Source: Escherichia coli
GTDB lineage: Bacteria; Pseudomonadota; Gammaproteobacteria; Enterobacterales; Enterobacteriaceae
Assembly (NCBI RefSeq): GCF_003018255.1
Contig: NZ_CP027440.1
Direction: 5' to 3' (one strand)
DNA length: 64,000 nucleotides
The notes under the pieces are model-generated. The model was given only the letters and a program-made list of their open reading frames with translations, searched no databases and had not been told where the DNA came from. Shown here piece by piece: positions 38,269 through 48,953 of this stretch. The position numbers and the translations under genes are program-made. The first letter of the stretch is position 1. Every line of letters begins with the position of its first letter.

Positions 38269-39396
38269 ATGTCGTGCCCGGTTATTGAGCTGACACAACA
38301 GCTTATTCGCCGCCCTTCCCTGAGTCCTGATGACGCAGGATGCCAGGCTTTGTTGATTGAACGTTTGCAGGCGATCGGTTTTACCGTTGAACGCATGGAC
38401 TTTGCCGATACGCAGAATTTTTGGGCATGGCGTGGGCAGGGTGAAACGTTAGCCTTTGCCGGGCATACCGACGTGGTGCCGCCTGGCGACGCCGACCGTT
38501 GGATCAATCCGCCGTTTGAACCCACCATTCGTGACGGCATGTTATTCGGGCGCGGTGCGGCAGATATGAAAGGCTCGCTGGCGGCGATGGTGGTAGCGGC
38601 AGAACGTTTTGTCGCACAACATCCCAACCATACGGGGCGACTGGCATTTCTGATCACCTCTGATGAAGAAGCTAGTGCCCACAACGGTACGGTAAAAGTC
38701 GTCGAAGCGTTAATGGCGCGTAATGAGCGTCTCGATTACTGTCTGGTTGGCGAACCGTCGAGTATCGAAGTGGTTGGTGATGTGGTGAAAAATGGTCGTC
38801 GCGGATCGTTAACCTGCAACCTCACCATTCATGGCGTGCAGGGGCATGTTGCCTACCCACATCTGGCTGACAATCCGGTACATCGCGCAGCACCTTTCCT
38901 TAATGAATTAGTGGCTATTGAGTGGGATCAGGGCAATGAATTCTTCCCGGCGACCAGTATGCAGATTGCCAATATTCAGGCGGGAACGGGCAGTAACAAC
39001 GTTATTCCGGGTGAACTGTTTGTGCAGTTTAACTTCCGCTTCAGCACCGAACTGACTGATGAGATGATCAAAGCGCAGGTACTTGCCCTGCTTGAAAAAC
39101 ATCAACTGCGCTATACGGTGGATTGGTGGCTTTCCGGGCAGCCATTTTTGACCGCGCGCGGTAAACTGGTGGATGCGGTCGTTAACGCGGTTGAGCACTA
39201 TAATGAAATTAAACCGCAGCTACTAACCACAGGCGGAACGTCCGACGGGCGCTTTATTGCCCGCATGGGGGCGCAGGTGGTGGAACTCGGGCCGGTCAAT
39301 GCCACTATTCATAAAATTAATGAATGTGTGAACGCTGCCGACCTGCAGCTACTTGCCCGTATGTATCAACGTATCATGGAACAGCTCGTCGCCTGA
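38269..39396 (+). CDS. dapE: succinyl-diaminopimelate desuccinylase
   Basis: 375-aa ORF; M20 peptidase family; 3 nt after yffB stop. Confidence 0.94.
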
Positions 39397-39423
39397 TGAG
39401 TGGTTCTGCAAGAGGAAATAAGC

Positions 39424-39624
39424 ATGGACTGGCTGGCTAAATATTGGTGGATTCTGGTGATTGTCTTTTTGGTAGGCGTCCTGCTGAACGTGATTAAAGA
39501 TCTCAAGCGCGTCAACCATAAGAAATTTCTCGCCAACAAGCCGGAGCTTCCCCCGCATCGTGATTTCAACGATAAGTGGGACGATGACGACGACTGGCCG
39601 AAAAAGGATCAACCGAAGAAGTAA
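39424..39624 (+). CDS. ypfN: small membrane protein YpfN (UPF0370)
   Basis: ORF 39400..39624; start taken at internal Met ([21 protein letters not shown], 66 aa). Confidence 0.85.
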   Translation: MDWLAKYWWILVIVFLVGVLLNVIKDLKRVNHKKFLANKPELPPHRDFNDKWDDDDDWPKKDQPKK

Positions 39625-39632
39625 GCTAAGTG

Positions 39633-39662
39633 GCCGGATAAGGCGTTAACGCCGCATCCGGC
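39633..39662. repeat. REP element (gccggataaggcgttaacgccgcatccggc)
   Basis: Canonical REP palindrome between convergent ypfN and ypfH. Confidence 0.8.
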
Positions 39663-39704
39663 CATGATGCCTGATACAGTCTTATCAGACCTACCCGGCT
39701 ATTA

Positions 39705-40403
39705 TTACATCATTTCAATCACATCATCATCGCCAGGCTTACCGCCGCTTAGCGCTTCGTCGAAATAATGTTTCGGAATGGTATAACGCAAGTGATCCAG
39801 AGCAAATTGCATACTGCGATTGTCGATCGCATGGCCTAAATCCTCCACGATATCCAGCGTCACGTCACCACCGGCACTGATTAACGCTTCCTGCGCCGCA
39901 ACCGCATGCGCCAGATCGATAACCGGATCTTCACCGCCATGAATCAGGTGAATTGTCGTGGCTGTAGACGCAGTTTCCGGCAGGCTCGCATAGCGTCCGT
40001 TAAAGGCAATGACGCGTGAGGCAAGGCCCGGTTCGGCTTTAATGCTCTCCAGCGCCATAATCGCGCCTTGAGAGAAACCGATTAACGCCGTGGCGGTAGC
40101 CCCTACTCCGCTCTGTTTCTGCCAGTAGCGCACCGTCTCAATAAACGTCGGCATGATGGCATCCACACGCGCCTGGCGATTATCTTCCGTAATACCCTGC
40201 ACCGAAAACCACTGACGCCCCGCCGGATTACCGCTCGGCTCCGCGCCTCCGACACTCACCACCAGCGCATCAGGAAATAGCGGCGCAAACCAGCTACCTA
40301 TTTCCCCCATTGCCACCGGGTTATCCCCGACACCGTGGAAAAGCAGTAACAACTGTTGCGCAGGTTTATCCGGGCTTTGAACAACAAAATGGTCATGTTT
40401 CAT
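39705..40403 (-). CDS. ypfH: alpha/beta-hydrolase esterase YpfH
   Basis: ORF 39705..40427; start taken at internal Met (MKHDHFVVQSPDK, 232 aa); GFSQG serine hydrolase motif. Confidence 0.85.
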   Translation of the reverse strand: MKHDHFVVQSPDKPAQQLLLLFHGVGDNPVAMGEIGSWFAPLFPDALVVSVGGAEPSGNPAGRQWFSVQGITEDNRQARVDAIMPTFIETVRYWQKQSGVGATATALIGFSQGAIMALESIKAEPGLASRVIAFNGRYASLPETASTATTIHLIHGGEDPVIDLAHAVAAQEALISAGGDVTLDIVEDLGHAIDNRSMQFALDHLRYTIPKHYFDEALSGGKPGDDDVIEMM

Positions 40404-40476
40404 GGCGAACTCCTTAACTGATGTCATTAATTTTACGCCGCTGACTCACAATGACCATGGGAGAAAATTGAAGGAG

Positions 40477-42492
40477 TCAGTGAAAAAATTGCCATTGCGT
40501 TATGCGATCGCGCAAACGCTCAGTGCGAACATCATCAAGTGCGTATAGCGCCTGCGCGGCCTCTTCCCGCTGACGGACCAGTAACAGCTTACGGCCTGAA
40601 AGTTTAAGTGTGGTACATAACTGCGCGTCGCTGGCGTTTTTCTGTAAACGCCCACGCAGCGCCGGTAATGCCATTTCGCTGGTTTGTAACAGACGCATTA
40701 AGCAACCTAACGACGTTAATAGCGGACGATGAGCGAAAGCAAAACCGGCCAGTTCAAGCCAGTCGTCGGCAGAAAGCACGATATCGTTTAGTGGATCAAC
40801 AGGGAGCGTTTCGCCATTCCACTTTGCGAGAGCTTGCGCATCGCGACGTAAACGGTAATGCTCACGTTCAGCCAGCTGTTTACCCGCATCACTCATCGGT
40901 AACAGCGCCATCGCCGTATAGCAACCGCTGCTGGCTTCACGATGATTACCCATTCGCACCAGCACAAAACCGCAGCGTTGCCAGAAACGCCATAATTCCC
41001 CGGTGTAACCAAAACTCACCGAAAGATAGTCGAGGTCATGCGTATATTGCAAAGCACCAGCAATCAGTTGCTGACCTGTGCCTTCCCGCTGACGAGCCGG
41101 ATGAACTGCTATCCGGCTAACCCGCCTTCCGCGCAATGTCGCCGCCAGTGGATTGCTGCCGTGCGCCGCCAGCGACTGGGCCACCAGATTACCCCGCGGG
41201 CGACGAAAACCTGCCCATACCGCCTGACTGAGTTCTTGAGATAATCCGCCCTCATCCACCAGCCACAGCGCCCCGGCAATCGCGTTTTCGCCAGCCGCCT
41301 GTAAAAAATGTTGCCCTGGTGCATCCATCATGCGGCGTAAATCCAGCGGCGAAGTCCGGTAGTGCGCACCAGACAATAATTGATAAACCTTTAACGGCGT
41401 TTGTGGCTCGCTTCGCCATAACGTCTGTTCAAATGCGGAAATGACGATATTGCCTTGTGGTGTGTGGGTGAAGTTTTCATCGTCAAAAACCAGTGCCTCA
41501 CTAACCATTTTTTCCAGCGGGCATCCCTGTGCCCAGCGGATCGGCTGTTGCAGTTCAAAACGGTGTAAATGCGGAAAGCGAGCGCAAAATTTCAGCAAAA
41601 AACCACGTCCCGTGCCTTCGTAGCCCTGCACCGTAGTGGTTAACAACGTTCGAGGAAAACGCGATACCAGTTGATGCAACAACGGCGCAGGTATGGCTGC
41701 GGCTTCATCGACCACCAGCCAGTCGGCTTGCTCATCGCTGGCTAACAAGGCATCCGGCGCAATAAAGCGAAACTTCTCGCCCGCAAATTGTGCCAGTACA
41801 TACGTTGCCGCTTTTGCGGGCGCGGTGACAATCGCACTACCCGCAATACGAGAAATGAGTTGCCCTGCCAGCGCCGATTTACCGCGCCCACGCGCAGCCG
41901 TTACCACCGCCACGCCCAATGGCATGGTCAGTAGCTGCTGTAAGAGTTGCTGTTGTTCTGGCTGTGGTGCGCCGGTCGCGGGGTGCCAGTCAGTACGGGG
42001 AGTAAAATGCGCCAACGTGAACGGCTGGTTCTGCCGCCAGAGGATAGCGTCGTTATTCGCCGTAAGTACGCGTTTGAGATGCTGGACAAAATGCGGCGTC
42101 GCAATAGGGTCAGGGCAATCACTCCATCGCAGCGAGTCGGCATCAGGTTGGTTTTCCCACTCTTCCCATACAGGGAGTAACAAAACCAGCCAGCTTCCCG
42201 CTTTCAACGTTCCGCTAAGTGCCGCAAAGGCAGCGGCATCAAAGCCGTGGCGGGCGTCGAATACCGCATGCCGGAACTCGCGCCCAAGTAAAGTTTGTAG
42301 CGCCGAGGGAGAACAGTGGTTTTCAGCATCTGGCTGCGGCGAAATCCACAGCCAGTCGCCAGGTAAGGCATCACGCAACTTAAGCGCATGATCAAAACAC
42401 CAACCCTCTTCCCCGCTCAACACCAGCAAGCGGCGGATCCCTTCACGTTTCATTTGCGCTGTTAATGTGTGAAGCGCAGTCAGTTCAGCCAT
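40477..42492 (-). CDS. tmcA: tRNA(Met) cytidine acetyltransferase TmcA
   Basis: 671-aa ORF; helicase-like P-loop (GRGKSALAG) plus GNAT domain. Confidence 0.92.
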   Translation of the reverse strand: MAELTALHTLTAQMKREGIRRLLVLSGEEGWCFDHALKLRDALPGDWLWISPQPDAENHCSPSALQTLLGREFRHAVFDARHGFDAAAFAALSGTLKAGSWLVLLLPVWEEWENQPDADSLRWSDCPDPIATPHFVQHLKRVLTANNDAILWRQNQPFTLAHFTPRTDWHPATGAPQPEQQQLLQQLLTMPLGVAVVTAARGRGKSALAGQLISRIAGSAIVTAPAKAATYVLAQFAGEKFRFIAPDALLASDEQADWLVVDEAAAIPAPLLHQLVSRFPRTLLTTTVQGYEGTGRGFLLKFCARFPHLHRFELQQPIRWAQGCPLEKMVSEALVFDDENFTHTPQGNIVISAFEQTLWRSEPQTPLKVYQLLSGAHYRTSPLDLRRMMDAPGQHFLQAAGENAIAGALWLVDEGGLSQELSQAVWAGFRRPRGNLVAQSLAAHGSNPLAATLRGRRVSRIAVHPARQREGTGQQLIAGALQYTHDLDYLSVSFGYTGELWRFWQRCGFVLVRMGNHREASSGCYTAMALLPMSDAGKQLAEREHYRLRRDAQALAKWNGETLPVDPLNDIVLSADDWLELAGFAFAHRPLLTSLGCLMRLLQTSEMALPALRGRLQKNASDAQLCTTLKLSGRKLLLVRQREEAAQALYALDDVRTERLRDRITQWQFFH

Positions 42493-42506
42493 CCCTGCCC
42501 CGGAAG

Positions 42507-43370
42507 TTAAATGCTTTTACCAAAAGTATTGCATTGTGCCGGATCGCCGCTGTCGAAACCACGTTTAAACCAGCTGTAGCGTTGCTGAGAAGTGCCATGA
42601 GTGAAACTGTCTGGTACTACTCGCCCCTGACTTTGCTGTTGTAAACGGTCATCGCCGATGGCCTGCGCCGCGTTCAGCGCCTCTTCCAGATCGCCGGTTT
42701 CCAGAACACCTTGCTGCTGCATACTATGCCCCCAGACACCGGCAAAACAGTCGGCCTGGAGTTCCATACGCACAGATAAGCGGTTCACTTCCGCCTGCGT
42801 CGCGTTTTGTTGCAGTTGACGAACTTTCGGCTCGATGCCTAACAGTTTCTGCACATGATGACCGACTTCATGGGCGATAACGTACCCCTGGGCAAAATCG
42901 CCATCCGCGCCAAGTTTGTCTTTCATGTCATCATAGAAGGAGAGATCGATATAAACCGTGCCATCCGCCGGGCAATAGAACGGTCCCATTATGGACTGGC
43001 CCGCCCCGCAGCCGGTGCGCGTCATTCCACGGTACATGACCAGCTTCGGTTGCTGATAGGTTTTACCCATCTTCTCGAATTGCTGTCCCCAGGTGTCTTC
43101 CGTGGTTGCCAGAATCACCGAAGTGAATTTTGCGGCTTCGTCTTCATTAGGACTAATTGACCGTGTTGATTGCTGTTGGGAAACCGGCTGTCCGGTCATC
43201 AACCCGGTTAAATCAACGCCATAGTAGCCTGCAACCAGCACGACTATCAGTAAAATCAGCCCGCCTTTACCGCTTGGCAGGCGAAAACCTGGACCGCCCA
43301 TTGACGGACCACCAGAGCTGTTGCGCCTGTCTTCAACATTGTCACTTTCACGTCGCCCTTGCCAACGCAT
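42507..43370 (-). CDS. ypfJ: predicted zinc metallopeptidase YpfJ (HExxH)
   Basis: 287-aa [11 protein letters not shown] motif; N-terminal TM segment. Confidence 0.88.
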
Positions 43371-43537
43371 AGATACCTCAACAATATATTCATTATAGAA
43401 ATGATCGTAGGTGGTTCAGAGGAAGATTACCACAGGAAAGCGGGATGAAATGGCGGAGGAATGAGCGTTCAATACTCATCTTATGAGAGCGGTTGTCTTG
43501 CCGTGCCAGCTGCACGGCAAGATGATGAACAGAAAAA

Positions 43538-44251
43538 TCAGTCCAGCTGTACACCCAGGCGGCGGGCGACGGCTTCATAGGCCTCGATCAGGCCACCGAG
43601 GCTCTGGCGGAAACGGTCTTTGTCCATTTTCTCCAGCGTTTCTTTGTCCCACAAGCGGCTGCCGTCCGGGGAGAACTCATCGCCCAGTACCACTTCACCT
43701 TTGTACAGACCAAACTCCAGCTTGAAGTCGACCAGAATGAGACCAGCATCATCGAACAGTTTTTTCAGCACGTCGTTCGCTTTGTAGGTCAGCTCTTTCA
43801 TGCGTGCCAGGTTCTCTTTGCTTACCCAGCCAAAGGTTTCGCAGTAAGATTCGTTGACCATCGGATCGTGCATGGCGTCGTTTTTCAGGAACAGATCGAA
43901 CAGTGGCGGGTTCAGCTCAATACCTTCTTCGATTCCAAGACGTTTCACCAGAGAGCCAGCAGCACGGTTACGCACGACACACTCAACCGGCACCATATCC
44001 AGCTTTTTCACCAGACATTCGGTATCGGAGAGCAGACGCTCCATTTGAGTCGGGATACCCGCTTCAGCCAGTTTGCTCATAATGAAGTAGTTGAACTTGT
44101 TGTTCACCATACCTTTGCGATCAAACTGCTCAATGCGCGCGCCATCCCCTGCTGACGTATCATTGCGGAATTCGAGCACCAACAGGTCCGGGTTTTCCGT
44201 GCTGTATACGGTTTTCGCTTTACCACGATACAACTCAGCTTGCTTTTGCAT
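43538..44251 (-). CDS. purC: phosphoribosylaminoimidazole-succinocarboxamide synthase
   Basis: ORF 43538..44260; start taken at internal Met ([24 protein letters not shown], 237 aa). Confidence 0.94.
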
Positions 44252-44305
44252 CTTTATCACTCCTGGGTGTGAATTAACGTTTTAAAATCTATTGCTGTCT
44301 GGTGT

Positions 44306-44353
<48 letters not shown>

Positions 44354-44404
44354 CCGACAAACAAATTTCGTGCGAATTACCGCTAAAATCGCGTTTTTCT
44401 GCCG

Positions 44405-44420
44405 ACGCACACGTTTGCGT
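44405..44420. promoter_or_regulatory. PurR operator (pur box) of purC
   Basis: acgcacacgtttgcgt, a near-palindromic match to the PurR box, upstream of purC. Confidence 0.7.
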
Positions 44421-44463
44421 ATCATATCAGAAAAAAGGGCCGGATGACTCCAGCCCTGTATTT

Positions 44464-45498
44464 TTACTTGCTAAACGCAGCCTGGAAGACAGCTACCAGC
44501 GCGTCGTTCTGACTCTGAGTCAGAGTATGACCTTTCGGATCGATGAACTGTAGGCTGCTGCGGTTATCTAAATCGCCAACCTGCAGTTTATAGTCACCGG
44601 ATGCCAGACCTGGATCGCTCGCGCCCAGTTCGTGCCATTCGCTGTCAGACAGCGGCTTGTAAGTTACGGCCATGTTGCCCTGCGAACGGGTGCTGTCGGT
44701 CACTTTCATGCCCACTTTTTCCAGCGCAGCTGGCAGACGTTGCCAAACCACATTAAACGGCCCGCGTACGACCAGCATTGGTAAACCGGTGTCATCAGCT
44801 GCACTTTGTACGTCCATAGTGGTGGAGGCACGATTTTGCGCAGCGTTCGCGGCGTCAGTGGCAGATTTATCCAGACCGGCGGAAATAACGTTCATCATCT
44901 CCGTGCTGTAACGCTGCATGGAAGCCGCGTCTGCAACCGGTTTGCCCGCCTGTTCCAGGTTCAGCAGTTTAACCGTAACCGCCTGCTGATAACCCTGCGG
45001 CTTAACAGAGATTTGATAACGACCACGATACTGCTCGTCTTCGTCCAGACGGTTCCATTGTACCCAATCGGTGGTCAGTGTCTGACCAGCATCATCACGT
45101 TGGGTGATGGTGTAGTTTTTCGCCTGCAGCACGCTAACCACCTGCGGCCACAGAGTATTGCCACGACCATTTTCCACCAGCAATGAAGCGGTATCGCCCG
45201 TGAACTGGGTACGCGCGCCAGAAACCAGTGCCAACGGCTGGGCTGGTGGACGAATGTCCAGCGCCTTACCGACAGCACCACTACCGTTGGTCACCGGGAT
45301 TGCATAATCGCCGGAGGTCACCGGCAAAATCATTCCAGCCGGGGCATGAAGCTCCGCAAGCGGTGCCGCTTCCAGGTAGGCTTCATCACCACTGACCTGA
45401 CGCTTATAGCGTGAGTCAGAACTACAGGCAGCGAGTAATAAAACAAGCGAAACACCCGCAACCTTTGCCAGGCGCGACTTTTGAACAGAGTAAGCCAT
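44464..45498 (-). CDS. bamC: outer membrane protein assembly factor BamC (lipoprotein)
   Basis: ORF 44464..45501; start taken at second Met (344 aa); lipobox LLAACSS. Confidence 0.92.
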   Translation of the reverse strand: MAYSVQKSRLAKVAGVSLVLLLAACSSDSRYKRQVSGDEAYLEAAPLAELHAPAGMILPVTSGDYAIPVTNGSGAVGKALDIRPPAQPLALVSGARTQFTGDTASLLVENGRGNTLWPQVVSVLQAKNYTITQRDDAGQTLTTDWVQWNRLDEDEQYRGRYQISVKPQGYQQAVTVKLLNLEQAGKPVADAASMQRYSTEMMNVISAGLDKSATDAANAAQNRASTTMDVQSAADDTGLPMLVVRGPFNVVWQRLPAALEKVGMKVTDSTRSQGNMAVTYKPLSDSEWHELGASDPGLASGDYKLQVGDLDNRSSLQFIDPKGHTLTQSQNDALVAVFQAAFSK

Positions 45499-45514
45499 CA
45501 AATCTCCCTAAACT

Positions 45515-46393
45515 TTACAGCAAACCGGCATGCTTAAGCGCCGCTCTGACCGTCTCACGACCACTGTCGGTGATTGGTGTCATTGGCAGGCGCAGCGTAT
45601 CGGTCGCCACAAGACCCAGTTCCTTACATGCCCATTTCACCGGGATTGGATTGGGTTCGACAAATAGTTTGTTGTGTAATGGCATCAGACGCTGATTAAT
45701 AACGCGTGCCTCGGCAAAATGCCCTTCTGCTGCCAGTTTGCACATCTGGGCCATATCACGCGCTGCGACGTTAGCCGTAACGGAAATAACCCCATGACCG
45801 CCTAATTGCATGAAGTCCAGCGCGCTCGCATCATCGCCGCTCAGCAGAACAAAATCATCTGAAACCAGCTCTTTGATCTGGTTTACACGCGTTAAGTTCC
45901 CTGTTGCCTCTTTGATTCCGATAATATTTTTTACTTTCGCCAGACGGCCCACCGTTTCCGGGAGCAGATCGCAGCCAGTACGGGACGGCACATTATACAG
46001 AATTTGCGGCAGGTCAGTATGTTCAGCGATGGCTTTGAAATGCTGATACAAACCTTCTTGCGACGGACGATTGTAGTAAGGGGTTACCGTCAGGCAGCCG
46101 ACGATACCGCTGTCATTGAAGCGCTGCGTCAGGCTAATGGCTTCCGCAGTAGCGTTAGCACCGGTCCCGGCAATCACCGGAATGCGCCCGTCAGCCAGCT
46201 CCAGCGTCATCATCACCACATCAGCATGTTCGTCATGATTTAAGGTAGCGGACTCGCCAGTGGTGCCAACAGAAACGATCGCCGAAGTACCGCTGGCGAC
46301 ATGATAATCAATCAGTTTTTTCATGCTAGCCCGACAGACATTACCTTTTTCATCCATCGGAGTAACAATCGCGACAATACTTCCCGTGAACAT
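45515..46393 (-). CDS. dapA: 4-hydroxy-tetrahydrodipicolinate synthase
   Basis: ORF 45515..46411; start taken at internal Met ([18 protein letters not shown], 292 aa). Confidence 0.94.
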   Translation of the reverse strand: MFTGSIVAIVTPMDEKGNVCRASMKKLIDYHVASGTSAIVSVGTTGESATLNHDEHADVVMMTLELADGRIPVIAGTGANATAEAISLTQRFNDSGIVGCLTVTPYYNRPSQEGLYQHFKAIAEHTDLPQILYNVPSRTGCDLLPETVGRLAKVKNIIGIKEATGNLTRVNQIKELVSDDFVLLSGDDASALDFMQLGGHGVISVTANVAARDMAQMCKLAAEGHFAEARVINQRLMPLHNKLFVEPNPIPVKWACKELGLVATDTLRLPMTPITDSGRETVRAALKHAGLL

Positions 46394-46538
46394 GGGCCAT
46401 CCTCTGTGCAAACAAGTGTCTCAATGGTACGTTTGGTATGGCATTAAAAGCAAGCAGACAGAACCGTTCTGATTGTTGTATGCATGTTTTTTTTATGCTT
46501 TCCTTAAGAACAACTCACCCCTTGAAGGAATAACCAGT

Positions 46539-47111
46539 TTGACACTGTCATCGCAACATTATCTGGTGATCACTGCGTTGGGTGCCGATCGCCCTGGAAT
46601 TGTGAACACCATCACCCGTCATGTCAGTAGTTGCGGCTGTAATATTGAAGACAGTCGCCTGGCGATGCTGGGAGAAGAGTTCACGTTTATCATGCTGCTT
46701 TCCGGTTCATGGAATGCCATTACTCTGATTGAATCAACGTTACCGTTGAAAGGTGCCGAGCTGGATCTTTTAATCGTGATGAAGCGCACGACGGCGCGTC
46801 CGCGTCCGCCAATGCCAGCATCTGTCTGGGTTCAGGTCGATGTGGCAGACTCCCCGCATTTAATTGAACGCTTCACAGCACTTTTCGACGCGCATCATAT
46901 GAACATTGCGGAGCTGGTGTCGCGCACGCAACCTGCTGAAAATGAACGGGCTGCGCAGTTGCATATTCAGATAACCGCCCACAGCCCCGCATCTGCGGAC
47001 GCAGCAAATATTGAGCAAGCATTCAAAGCCCTATGTACAGAACTCAATGCACAAGGCAGTATTAACGTCGTCAATTATTCCCAACATGATGAACAGGATG
47101 GAGTTAAGTAA
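46539..47111 (+). CDS. gcvR: glycine cleavage system transcriptional repressor GcvR (tandem ACT domains)
   Basis: ORF 46473..47111; K-12-length product (190 aa, MTLSSQHYLVITALGADRPGIV) requires a TTG start at 46539; start uncertain. Confidence 0.8.
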   Translation: MTLSSQHYLVITALGADRPGIVNTITRHVSSCGCNIEDSRLAMLGEEFTFIMLLSGSWNAITLIESTLPLKGAELDLLIVMKRTTARPRPPMPASVWVQVDVADSPHLIERFTALFDAHHMNIAELVSRTQPAENERAAQLHIQITAHSPASADAANIEQAFKALCTELNAQGSINVVNYSQHDEQDGVK

Positions 47112-47581
47112 TGAATCCACTGAAAGCCGGTGATATCGCACCGAAATTTAGCTTGCCGGATCAAGACGGAGAACAAGTTAATTTGACCGACTTCCAGGGA
47201 CAGCGTGTTCTGGTTTATTTCTACCCGAAAGCCATGACCCCCGGCTGTACCGTACAGGCCTGCGGCTTACGCGATAACATGGATGAGTTGAAAAAAGCGG
47301 GCGTTGATGTGCTGGGTATCAGCACCGATAAACCCGAAAAACTCTCCCGTTTTGCGGAAAAAGAGCTGCTTAACTTTACGCTCCTGTCTGATGAGGACCA
47401 CCAGGTGTGCGAACAATTCGGCGTCTGGGGTGAAAAGTCCTTCATGGGCAAAACCTACGATGGTATTCATCGCATCAGCTTCCTGATTGACGCTGATGGC
47501 AAAATCGAACATGTCTTTGACGATTTCAAAACCAGCAATCACCACGACGTTGTGCTGAACTGGCTGAAAGAACACGCCTGA
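47111..47581 (+). CDS. bcp: thiol peroxidase / bacterioferritin comigratory protein (peroxiredoxin)
   Basis: 156-aa ORF; peroxiredoxin active site (TPGCT); start ATG shares one base with gcvR stop. Confidence 0.94.
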   Translation: MNPLKAGDIAPKFSLPDQDGEQVNLTDFQGQRVLVYFYPKAMTPGCTVQACGLRDNMDELKKAGVDVLGISTDKPEKLSRFAEKELLNFTLLSDEDHQVCEQFGVWGEKSFMGKTYDGIHRISFLIDADGKIEHVFDDFKTSNHHDVVLNWLKEHA

Positions 47582-47598
47582 TTACTTTGCTCCATTCC

Positions 47599-47625
47599 GT
47601 GCTGGCTGCGCTTGCGGCCAGCACA
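47599..47625. other. inverted repeat (gtgctggc-n10-gccagcac) in bcp-perM convergent spacer
   Basis: 8-bp GC-rich stem; no clear U-tract on either strand. Confidence 0.4.
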
Positions 47626-47679
47626 TCTCACATCTTCTCACTGCCCTGCAACACTCGTTTCAAATTTTTTCGCTGAAGG

Positions 47680-48741
47680 TCAGTCTTGCGCGATTTGCCC
47701 ATCGGGCCAGGCGTGAATCACGGCTTTGATCAGCGTCGCCAATGGAATGGCGAAGAATACGCCCCAGAATCCCCACAAACCACCGAAGATCACTACTGAT
47801 AAAATAATGACCAGCGGATGCAGGTTAACCGCTTCGGAGAACAACACAGGTACTAACAGGTTGCCGTCCAGCGCCTGAATGATCAGATACACCGCGAAGC
47901 AGCTCCAGAATTCCGTGCCAGCACCAAACTGGAATAGCGCCACGCCAACCACCGGAATGGTCACCACAAATGCACCAATGTACGGAATAAGTACCGAGAA
48001 GCCGACCAGCACCGCCAGCAGCAGCGAATAGTTCAGCCCGAAGAGTAAGAATCCCAGCCAGGTGGCAATCCCCACCACGATCATCTCCAGCACTTTGCCG
48101 CGGATATAGTTGGTGATTTGTTGATTCATCTCCTTCCACACCTGTCCTGCCAGTCCACGGTTACGCGGCAGCACCCGGCGAACGGCGTTCAGCATCTGCT
48201 CTTTGTCTTTCAGCAGGAAGAAGACCATCAATGGTACCAGCACCAGATAGACGGCAATGGTCAGCAAACCGACCAGCGAGGCGAGGGAAATTTTCACCAC
48301 CGAATCGCCCATGGTCAGCATCCGACTGCGCATATTTTCGGCCATTGCATCAATAATGCCCGCATCCATTAACGCCGGATAGCGGCGCGGCAACGTGGCG
48401 GCAAAGTCAGAAAGCTTATTGAGCATCCCCGGCATATCGCGGATTAAGTAGATGCCCTGCTGCCAGGCGATAGGCAGTACCACGAACGCCATCAGTAGCA
48501 ATATACCGACGAAAACCACCAATACAATCGACGTCGCCCAGCGGCGGGAGCAGCCAATAGATTGCAGGCGCACGGTTGGCCATTCCAGCAAATAGGCCAG
48601 CACAATAGCCACCAACAGCGGAGCAAGCAGGCCACTAAAGAAAAAGATAATGCCAAATCCGGCAACTAAAATAACCAGCAAGGCAATCGCTTCCGGGTCG
48701 CTAAAACGGCGGCGATACCATTGCATCAACATTTCGAGCAT
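47680..48741 (-). CDS. perM: AI-2E/PerM family permease
   Basis: 353-aa polytopic membrane ORF. Confidence 0.9.
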   Translation of the reverse strand: MLEMLMQWYRRRFSDPEAIALLVILVAGFGIIFFFSGLLAPLLVAIVLAYLLEWPTVRLQSIGCSRRWATSIVLVVFVGILLLMAFVVLPIAWQQGIYLIRDMPGMLNKLSDFAATLPRRYPALMDAGIIDAMAENMRSRMLTMGDSVVKISLASLVGLLTIAVYLVLVPLMVFFLLKDKEQMLNAVRRVLPRNRGLAGQVWKEMNQQITNYIRGKVLEMIVVGIATWLGFLLFGLNYSLLLAVLVGFSVLIPYIGAFVVTIPVVGVALFQFGAGTEFWSCFAVYLIIQALDGNLLVPVLFSEAVNLHPLVIILSVVIFGGLWGFWGVFFAIPLATLIKAVIHAWPDGQIAQD

Positions 48742-48953
48742 ACAGACCTTCCCTGAACCTCAAGAGCGGGATTGCGATCCGCAATTGTATCGAAATGCCA
48801 CAAAAAAGACTTCGCTTTTTATGACGGATTCAGGAAACTGAAAAGTCATTTGAGTGGGCTAATCTTCGCCGTTACACTCAAAGGCGGCGCGGTGGGAACG
48901 ATATTTCACAGTATCGGTCAAATGACTATCTCCAGAAATACAGGATAGAGGTT

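Noticed and set aside
40370-40430. Apparent one-base frame discontinuity in ypfH in my manual codon walk (around 40380)
   Set aside because: The ORF track reports a continuous 240-aa ORF (39705..40427) across this point, so this is most likely my own character-counting error; worth a quick re-check but not reported as a finding.
43393-43578. 61-aa minus-strand ORF in the ypfJ-purC spacer
   Set aside because: Overlaps the purC 3' end and a hairpin; no RBS or coding-like composition.
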